DNA from: Candidatus Tayloriibacteriota bacterium
GTDB taxonomy: Bacteria; Patescibacteriota; Minisyncoccia; Phycocordibacterales; PALSA-1337
Length of the DNA: 64,000 nucleotides
Direction: 5' to 3'
Assembly: GCA_903839695.1 (NCBI GenBank)
Contig: CAIMDI010000010.1
Location: 6,703 to 70,702, forward strand
Both the position numbers and the translations under genes were made by a program. This document shows positions 57,545 to 64,000 of this stretch, in pieces. The notes under the pieces are model-generated. The model was given only the letters and a program-made list of their open reading frames with translations. It ran no database searches and was not told the origin of the DNA. Within the stretch, counting starts at the first letter, position 1. Each line of letters opens with the position of its first letter.

Positions 57545-57675
57545 GGGACTTCTTATAGTGTCTGTTACCAGCAATCACCGGACTGATCATCTTGGTGCGC
57601 TAATCCAATGACCACAGACATTATTAATTAAATAATATCAAATCTTAAGTCGCTGTCAATAAGTAATACCAAAAG

Positions 57676-57699
57676 AAAAATCCACAAAAATGGATTTTT
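57676..57699. terminator. hairpin AAAAATCCA-caaaaa-TGGATTTTT downstream of rpsA (minus strand), bidirectional
   Basis: 9-bp stem. On the minus strand it is followed by CTTTTGGTATTACTT. Confidence 0.5.
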
Positions 57700-57723
57700 C
57701 TTTACTTAAATTTGCCTTAATAT

Positions 57724-58875
57724 TTAAGCTTTCTTTTCACCAACGAAAGACAAAGCCATTTTTTGTTCTTTTACATCAAATAATGTAATTTTGAAATTAT
57801 ATGACTTTCCTAATTCCAAATTCTTTCTTAACTTTTCTTCTGAACCAAATTCAGAAACATGCACCAAGCCAGCAACTCCTTCTTCTATAGATGTCAAAGC
57901 TCCGTGTTTATTGAATTTAATTACAACTCCTTGTACAAGCATATCCTTCTTGTATTTCTTTGATGCCTCTACCCAAGGATTTTCTTTTAATGCTTTTACT
58001 GACAAAGAGATTTTTCCGTCTTTGATTTCTATTACTTTTACTTTAATCTTTTGTCCAACTTTAAATAATGCACGTGGATCTTCAACTAATGACCAATCAA
58101 TTTCTGATATATGAACCAATCCTTCAAGTCCATCTTCTAGTTTTACGAAAACTCCAAAGTCTACTATACCTGTAACTGTTCCATTTACTACATCTTCAAC
58201 TTTGTATTTTCCTATAATTCTTTCCTTATCCTTTGTTTCCGGACTCTTTTCAGAGAATATTAGTTTTCCTTCTTTAGGAATTGCAGAAATTATAGAAACA
58301 GAAATCTTTGTACCTACAAGTTTCTTTAATTCTTCTAATATCTTGTCTTTATCTCCATCTGTAACTCTTGGATAATGTTCTGTCTTTAATTGTGATGCAG
58401 GAAGAAAACCTGAAATTCCTTGCCATTGTATGATAAGTCCACCCTTATTTGCCTCAATAATAGGTAATTCAAGAATAGATTTGTTGTTGATAGCAGCTTC
58501 TGCTTCACTCCAAATAAGTGCTTGTCTTGCTTCCTTTAGAGAAAGTTCTATATATCCATCTTTGTTATTTGTGTCTACAACTTTTGCAGCAACAACATCA
58601 CCGATATTAACTTTCTTAATAATATCTCTAGCTGTAATATACTCACGACCCATAATGATACCTGTTCCAAATGGTGCAAGATCAATATAAACCGCTGACT
58701 TTTCTATGTTGATAACTGGACCTTCAACCAAGTCACCAATCAATGGTGGATTTGCTGATTCGTTTAGAATACGATCCATCAGTGTATCCAACTTTGGAGG
58801 AACCACTACTTTTTCTTTTTTAACTTTCTTCACCTTTTCTACTGAAACTTCGTCTGTTGTATTGTTTTTAATCAT
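57724..58875 (-). CDS. rpsA: 30S ribosomal protein S1 (four S1 domains)
   Basis: Repeated S1/OB motifs (GDLVEGPVINI.., GDVVAAKVV.., GKYKVEDVVNGTVTGIVDFGVFV.., DMLVQGVVIKFNKHGA..). The start was taken at MIKNNTT. Confidence 0.85.
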   Translation of the reverse strand: MIKNNTTDEVSVEKVKKVKKEKVVVPPKLDTLMDRILNESANPPLIGDLVEGPVINIEKSAVYIDLAPFGTGIIMGREYITARDIIKKVNIGDVVAAKVVDTNNKDGYIELSLKEARQALIWSEAEAAINNKSILELPIIEANKGGLIIQWQGISGFLPASQLKTEHYPRVTDGDKDKILEELKKLVGTKISVSIISAIPKEGKLIFSEKSPETKDKERIIGKYKVEDVVNGTVTGIVDFGVFVKLEDGLEGLVHISEIDWSLVEDPRALFKVGQKIKVKVIEIKDGKISLSVKALKENPWVEASKKYKKDMLVQGVVIKFNKHGALTSIEEGVAGLVHVSEFGSEEKLRKNLELGKSYNFKITLFDVKEQKMALSFVGEKKA

Positions 58876-59059
58876 GATTTTTATGCATACGATCCGTTTT
58901 TTAATTAATAATATGAGAGCTATCAATCAAAATTGATAATTAACTCTCCAAATTACGGTTTTAGCGTATGAAATTGTTAATAATCGGTAAAATTACCGTT
59001 TTCAGATTATATTACATAATAGCTTAAAAGTCGAGTAATTTTGGCTTAATACAGCATTA

Positions 59060-59737
59060 TTACTTTTTATGCCAAACACCAATCCAAAAATTCCTTTTAA
59101 ATGAACGTCCATTGAACTTTGTATAATGAGTTTCTTTGTTTAAATACAATAATTCTCCAATATTTGAATATGTTGAAATAATATCTTCTTTTGAAAAGAC
59201 TCGCTCAATTAATCCAATTTCTGGCATTTTATATGTATCTTTTTCGACTCCAGGATTAGATTTTAATAATTTTTTTGCATTGGTATCTCCATCTTTACAT
59301 AAAGCACGAACAAATAAATAGCCATCGCTTTTCAATACGCGTTGTATTTCATTTAAGTAAATTATTCTTTCTGATTCAAAAAGGGAATTGGAAGAAGTGA
59401 CATCGAGTACTATATCAAAATATGAATCAGGAAATTTTAATGATTCTCCAATACTTTGTTTAATAAAATTACCTTGACCAACAAGGTCCTTGGCGTATTT
59501 TAATGCAGTTTCTGAAATATCGATACCAACTATTTCATTATCAAATCCTTGCTCCTTTATGTATAAGGAATTTTTGGCATTACCACAACCTAAATCAAGA
59601 ATTTTTATAGAAGAAAAATTATAATCAAAATTTTTGCGCAAATAACGCACAAAATCTTTTATTGAAGCAATAGGTTCTTTACTTAAACTAACAAGTTTTG
59701 GATTTTTGTACTCATTTTCCCAAACATTATTTTGCAT
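59060..59737 (-). CDS. class I SAM-dependent methyltransferase
   Basis: Motif I ILDLGCGNAKNS, motif II-like VGIDISE, motif post-I DIVLDV. Confidence 0.7.
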   Translation of the reverse strand: MQNNVWENEYKNPKLVSLSKEPIASIKDFVRYLRKNFDYNFSSIKILDLGCGNAKNSLYIKEQGFDNEIVGIDISETALKYAKDLVGQGNFIKQSIGESLKFPDSYFDIVLDVTSSNSLFESERIIYLNEIQRVLKSDGYLFVRALCKDGDTNAKKLLKSNPGVEKDTYKMPEIGLIERVFSKEDIISTYSNIGELLYLNKETHYTKFNGRSFKRNFWIGVWHKK

Positions 59738-59834
59738 TCACTAACAGTAGCATATTGCATAAATATGAACAAAATTTTAGTTCAGATATATTTGTGGAAA
59801 TTATAATTACTTTTATGATATAATCATTTTACTT

Positions 59835-60473
59835 ATGATAATTACATATTTTGGAGGAGAATTCTTTAAAGTGCAGTTCGGTGACAAAACACTTGCTTTT
59901 AACCCCATTTCAAAGGAATCTAACCTAAAGCCTAGTCGTTTTGGTGCAGATATCGTCCTTTCTACTACTCATCACGTTGATTTCAATGGTATTGACCAAG
60001 TTAGCCATGGAGACAAAACCCCTTTCATAATAAGCGGTCCAGGCGAATACGAAGTAAAAGAAGTGTTTATAAAAGGATTACCATCAGAGTCAAAATACGG
60101 AGGTAAGGATTTGATTAACACTATATATACTGTTTCTTTGGAAAATATGAATATTTGTTTTCTTGGAGCTATAAACAATACAGAACTAAAGGCTGAAACC
60201 ATAGAAGCTTTAGATGAAATAGACATACTTTTTGTTCCTATTGGTGGTGATGGAGTATTGGATCCAGTTAAAGCATACAAATTAGCTATTTCTCTAGAAC
60301 CTAAAATTATTATTCCTATGCATTATGGAGATATTGGAAATAAAGATTCCTTAAAGACATTTTTGAAAGAAGCTGGAGAAAGTCCTAAGGCCGAATCAAA
60401 AATTACATTAAAAAAGAAGGATTTGGAAGGAAAAGAGGGGGATATCATGCTTCTTGATTCTTCAAAAGAGTAG
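59835..60473 (+). CDS. MBL-fold metal-dependent hydrolase (UPF0173-like)
   Basis: ITYFGGEFFKV..ADIVLSTTHHVDFNG..ILFVPIGG..IIPMHYGD matches the UPF0173/YtkL-like family pattern. Confidence 0.55.
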   Translation: MIITYFGGEFFKVQFGDKTLAFNPISKESNLKPSRFGADIVLSTTHHVDFNGIDQVSHGDKTPFIISGPGEYEVKEVFIKGLPSESKYGGKDLINTIYTVSLENMNICFLGAINNTELKAETIEALDEIDILFVPIGGDGVLDPVKAYKLAISLEPKIIIPMHYGDIGNKDSLKTFLKEAGESPKAESKITLKKKDLEGKEGDIMLLDSSKE

Positions 60474-60488
60474 TATAATTTAATTATC

Positions 60489-60809
60489 ATGAATTTAAAT
60501 AAACATATTGAAAATTTAAAAACAAAACCAGAACATATAAAAAAGCGTGTTGCTTTTTTGATTTCATTCTCATTTAGTTTTATGGTTTTTACAGGATGGA
60601 TAGTGTCTTCATATGGCATAAGTTCATCACCAACTCTTGCAAATAACACAGAAAATTCTGATGCAAATGCAACTCTTGTAGAAGCACCAGTGTCATCATT
60701 AACAGCATCAGCAGTAAATGCATGGACTGATATTAAAAAGATTATTTTTGGTTCATCAAATACCAACGCTTCCTCAAATAACCTTGAAATTAAGGGCGGA
60801 AGTAGATAA
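60489..60809 (+). CDS. small hypothetical protein with an N-terminal TM/signal anchor
   Basis: VAFLISFSFSFMVFTGWIVSSYG hydrophobic segment. The C-terminal part is S/N/A-rich. Confidence 0.3.
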   Translation: MNLNKHIENLKTKPEHIKKRVAFLISFSFSFMVFTGWIVSSYGISSSPTLANNTENSDANATLVEAPVSSLTASAVNAWTDIKKIIFGSSNTNASSNNLEIKGGSR

Positions 60810-60888
60810 ATACATAGTGACAAAATCATATTTTTTTGCTACAATTACCATATAAATTATAAGAAATTACTAGAAAATCTAGAAAAAT

Positions 60889-63372
60889 ATGCCTAAAAAA
60901 CCAGTAGAATCTGATAAGAATAATAAGGAAGCAGAACCCAGAGATCCATCAAAGGGTATTGTTGCTAGAAACATAAGCACAGAAATGCGCGATTCTTATC
61001 TTGACTATGCCATGTCTGTTATTACTGCACGTGCTCTTCCTGATGTGCGTGATGGTTTAAAGCCCGTTCACAGAAGAATTCTGTATACATTACACGAACT
61101 AGGCCTTACTGCAGGAGCGAAAACTCGAAAGTCAGCAAAAATTGTTGGAGACGTAACAGGTAATTATCATCCACACGGAACTGTGGCTGTTTATGAGTCT
61201 ATGGTAAACATGGCTCAAGATTTTCGTATGCGTTACCCATTGGTTATTGGTCAAGGAAACTTCGGTTCTATAGACGGTGATAATGCTGCAGCAGACAGAT
61301 ATACCGAAGCAAAAATGTCTAGAATTGCACAAGAAACTCTTAGAGATATTGAAAAGGATACAGTGGATTTTCGACCAAACTACGAAGGCACAAGAAACGA
61401 GCCGACTGTATTACCTACAACCGTACCCAATCTACTATTAAATGGCACACTTGGTATTGCCGTTGGTATGGCAACAAATATTCCTCCCAATAATCTTTCA
61501 GAAGTTATAGATGCTACTGTTCATCTTATAGAAAATAAAGAAGCTACCACAAACGACCTACTCCAATTCATAAAGGGCCCAGATTTTCCTACTGGTGGGG
61601 TAATGTACGGTGAAAAAGACATTCACCACGCATATTCTACGGGTAGAGGTGGTATTTTGGTTCGAGGTGAGGCTGAGATTATTGAGGATAAAAAAGGACA
61701 ATTCCAAATAGTCATTACATCTATACCTTATCGCGTAAATAAAGCTGAATTGATTATGAGAATTGCAGATTTGGTAAGAGAAAAACTTGTAGAAGGTATA
61801 AAGGGTCTAAGAGACGAATCAGATAAGGAGCTCAGAATAGTAATAGACCTTAAAAATGGCGCATATCCCGAGAAAGTACTAAATTATATATACAAACACA
61901 CCCAATTAGAAGACACTTTCCATGTAAACATGGTTGCTCTTGTTCATGGTGTTCCACAAACTATTGCTCTTAAGACATTTTTGGAGGAATTTATTACTCA
62001 TAGAATTGAAGTTATTAGAAGAAGAACAAAATTTGATTTAAATAAGGCTGAGGACAGAGAACATATACTTATTGGTCTCAAGAAAGCATTGGATCATATC
62101 GATGAAATCATTTCTTTGATAAGAGCTTCAAAAGACGCTGTGGAAGCTCATGCCAATCTTATCAAAAAGTTTAAATTCTCAGACAAACAAGCAACAGCTA
62201 TTCTAGAAATGCGTTTACAAAAGCTTGCTGGCCTTGAAAGAAAGAAGGTAATAGAAGAATTAAAAGAAGTTCAAGAATTAATTGAAAAATTAAAGGAAAT
62301 TCTAGGAAGTGAAAAGAAAGTTAGGGGTATTATAAAGGACGAATTAGCTGAAATAAAGGCAAAATACGGCGATGAAAGAAGAACAAAGCTCGTAAGACAT
62401 ACTCTAAAGGATTTTAATCCTGAGGATCTTATTGCTGATGAGGAAAGTGTATTGGTTCTTACAAAAGGTGGTTACATAAAGCGTACAAATCCAGATGAAT
62501 ATAAACAACAAAAGAGAGGAGGTGTTGGTGTTGTAGATTTGGACACAAAAGAGGAGGATTTTATTACTCATCTTATTTATGCTAGTTCACATAACGATAT
62601 TCTATTTTTTACAGATAAAGGAAAAGCTTATCAAATAAAAATGTATGATATTCCAGAGGGAAAGCGAGCTACTCGTGGAAAATCTATAATGAATTTCCTT
62701 TCACTTTCTGAAAATGAAAAAATAACATCTATTTTGCCAATGCCAAAGGATAAAAAAGATGCTGAAGGTTTGGCTTTGATGATGGTTACAAAAAACGGCA
62801 CAGGTAAGAAGAGTTCAGCAAAGCATTTCCATGATGTTAGACGTTCAGGATTGATTGCTATTACTTTGGAGGATGGTGATGAGCTCATGTCCGCATCATT
62901 CGTTTCTAAAAACGACAATATAGTCATAGCCACAAGAGATGGTCAATCAATCAGATTTGAAGAAGGAGATGTAAGAGAAATGGGTAGAAACGCTACTGGT
63001 GTTCGTGTTATAAAATTAGGAAAAGACGATGCTGTTATTAGTGCAGATATAGTTTCAAAAAATGCAAAAAACCCATTATTATTCGTTATGGGTGAGCATG
63101 GTTATGGAAAGAAAACTAAACTTGAAGAATATAAAGTTCAAAATCGCGGTGGCTCAGGTATTCTTACTATGAATGTCACAGACAAAACTGGTCCACTTAT
63201 TTCTGCAAAAGTTGTTACAGAAGAAATAGAGGAAATGGTAGCAATGTCAAAGAAAAGTCAGGTAATAAGAGTGAATCTAAAAGAAATTCCAACACTCGGA
63301 AGATCAACTCAAGGTGTGAGAGTAATGAAATTAAGAGATGGGGATTCCTTGGCAAGCTTGATTTGTTTATAA
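60889..63372 (+). CDS. gyrA: DNA gyrase subunit A
   Basis: [31 protein letters not shown] with active-site Tyr region. GyrA-box-like QRGGVGV. C-terminal beta-pinwheel repeats. Confidence 0.95.
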   Translation: MPKKPVESDKNNKEAEPRDPSKGIVARNISTEMRDSYLDYAMSVITARALPDVRDGLKPVHRRILYTLHELGLTAGAKTRKSAKIVGDVTGNYHPHGTVAVYESMVNMAQDFRMRYPLVIGQGNFGSIDGDNAAADRYTEAKMSRIAQETLRDIEKDTVDFRPNYEGTRNEPTVLPTTVPNLLLNGTLGIAVGMATNIPPNNLSEVIDATVHLIENKEATTNDLLQFIKGPDFPTGGVMYGEKDIHHAYSTGRGGILVRGEAEIIEDKKGQFQIVITSIPYRVNKAELIMRIADLVREKLVEGIKGLRDESDKELRIVIDLKNGAYPEKVLNYIYKHTQLEDTFHVNMVALVHGVPQTIALKTFLEEFITHRIEVIRRRTKFDLNKAEDREHILIGLKKALDHIDEIISLIRASKDAVEAHANLIKKFKFSDKQATAILEMRLQKLAGLERKKVIEELKEVQELIEKLKEILGSEKKVRGIIKDELAEIKAKYGDERRTKLVRHTLKDFNPEDLIADEESVLVLTKGGYIKRTNPDEYKQQKRGGVGVVDLDTKEEDFITHLIYASSHNDILFFTDKGKAYQIKMYDIPEGKRATRGKSIMNFLSLSENEKITSILPMPKDKKDAEGLALMMVTKNGTGKKSSAKHFHDVRRSGLIAITLEDGDELMSASFVSKNDNIVIATRDGQSIRFEEGDVREMGRNATGVRVIKLGKDDAVISADIVSKNAKNPLLFVMGEHGYGKKTKLEEYKVQNRGGSGILTMNVTDKTGPLISAKVVTEEIEEMVAMSKKSQVIRVNLKEIPTLGRSTQGVRVMKLRDGDSLASLICL

Positions 63373-63389
63373 TGTGTTATAATTAATTC

Positions 63390-63914
63390 ATGTTTTCTAA
63401 TCCACAAAAAAATATTGCAGAGTTTGGGATTACTGATGGTATGAAAGTTATTGATTTAGGATCTGGTACTGGATTCTATACTATTGAAGCTGCCAAAAAA
63501 GTTGGACCTGGTGGAAGAGTTTATGCTGTAGATGTTCAACAAGATTTATTAAATAAACTAAAGAACTCCGCTTCTTTGATTGGTCTTCATAATATTGAAA
63601 TTGTTTGGGGAAATATAGAAAAAATAGGAGGTACCAAATTACGTGAATCCATAGCTGATAGAGTTATTTTATCAAATACTCTATTTCAAATTGCAGTTGA
63701 AGATAGAGATAATCTTGCACTAGAAGTAAAACGTTTATTAAAAAGCGGTGGAAAACTTATGGTAATTGATTGGGAAGCAGGAACCCCTTTAAGCCCTAAA
63801 ATTGTGGTTTCCAAAATGCTTGCAGAAGGAATTTTTCAGAAAAATGGTTTTGTATTAGAAAAAAACTTCGATGCAGGTGATCATCATTATGGTATTATTT
63901 TTAAAAAATCATGA
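63390..63914 (+). CDS. class I SAM-dependent methyltransferase (UbiE/COQ5-like fold)
   Basis: VIDLGSGTGFYT (motif I), GRVYAVDV, KLMVIDW. It ends in an ATGA overlap with the next ORF, and is the only TGA stop among the genes whose stops I checked. Confidence 0.7.
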   Translation: MFSNPQKNIAEFGITDGMKVIDLGSGTGFYTIEAAKKVGPGGRVYAVDVQQDLLNKLKNSASLIGLHNIEIVWGNIEKIGGTKLRESIADRVILSNTLFQIAVEDRDNLALEVKRLLKSGGKLMVIDWEAGTPLSPKIVVSKMLAEGIFQKNGFVLEKNFDAGDHHYGIIFKKS

Positions 63915-64000
63915 GTAAATTTCAGATTATAGTAATGGGGATATTTATAGCTTGTTTGGTTGCTGGAGTTATTGCTTTTGCAACATTTAAAGGAAGTGGA
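63911..64000 (+). CDS. hypothetical membrane protein (3' end truncated by the window edge)
   Basis: MSKFQIIVMGIFIACLVAGVIAFATFKGSG. Hydrophobic N-terminus only. Confidence 0.3.
   Translation, partial: MSKFQIIVMGIFIACLVAGVIAFATFKGSG

Noticed and set aside
1-64000. Alternative genetic code (UGA recoding, as in some candidate-phylum lineages).
   Set aside because: Only an RF1-type release factor is seen. TGA is used as a stop once among ~35 genes. However, the long conserved genes (rpoB, rpoC, gyrA, gyrB, dnaE) are full-length under the standard code with no in-frame TGA, so recoding is not supported. The TAA/TAG bias fits the low GC content.
1-64000. Diversity-generating retroelement, retron or group II intron.
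   Set aside because: No ORF carries reverse-transcriptase motifs (YxDD). No template/variable repeat pair was noticed.

Overview
This is an AT-rich (~30-35% GC) bacterial chromosomal segment. It is densely packed with housekeeping genes, mostly on the + strand and mostly without Shine-Dalgarno sequences. Stops are nearly all TAA/TAG, but the standard code is supported because the large conserved genes read through intact.

Core genes, in order:
- a 2-hydroxyacid dehydrogenase (5' partial), a type IV pilin, rplY, rpmE-prfA, rpsB-tsf and tRNA-Thr(UGU);
- pheS ... pheT, gyrB, thrS (-), dnaE (-, with a ~426-aa intein), rnhB, rpmF, nusB and rnc;
- an SMC-like ATPase, rnr (-), the rpsP-KH-trmD cluster, capA-like, rpoB-rpoC, dnaG-rpoD and a UvrD-like helicase-nuclease;
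- dsbA-like (-), a ZIP transporter, hisS (-), truB, rpsA (-), two SAM methyltransferases and gyrA.

Many proteins are shortened (PheS 244 aa, PheT 650, ThrRS 584, RF1 308, RpoB 1058). This suggests a streamlined genome, possibly Patescibacteria/CPR-like, but that is inference only.

Accessory or unusual content:
1. A ~0.9-kb island of ~47% GC encodes a PEP-CTERM sorting-signal protein and, unlike its neighbours, has a GGAG ribosome-binding site.
2. A translationally coupled four-gene cassette (small secreted protein, DUF1653, RhuM-family protein, ABC exporter) sits between pheS and pheT.
3. A DUF4143 AAA-ATPase gene is inserted between rnc and smc, leaving an ~56-bp diverged duplicate of the smc promoter and first 13 codons.
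4. The SMC is only 735 aa and appears to lack a hinge.
5. A MazF/PemK-like toxin between rpoC and dnaG has no antitoxin and carries a perfect GC hairpin in its 3' end.
6. NusB is fused to a Nudix-like domain.
7. There are two internally repetitive proteins (near-perfect heptad repeats; a triplicated Cys-bounded domain with a poly-N/Y linker).

No CRISPR array, reverse transcriptase or rRNA was seen.
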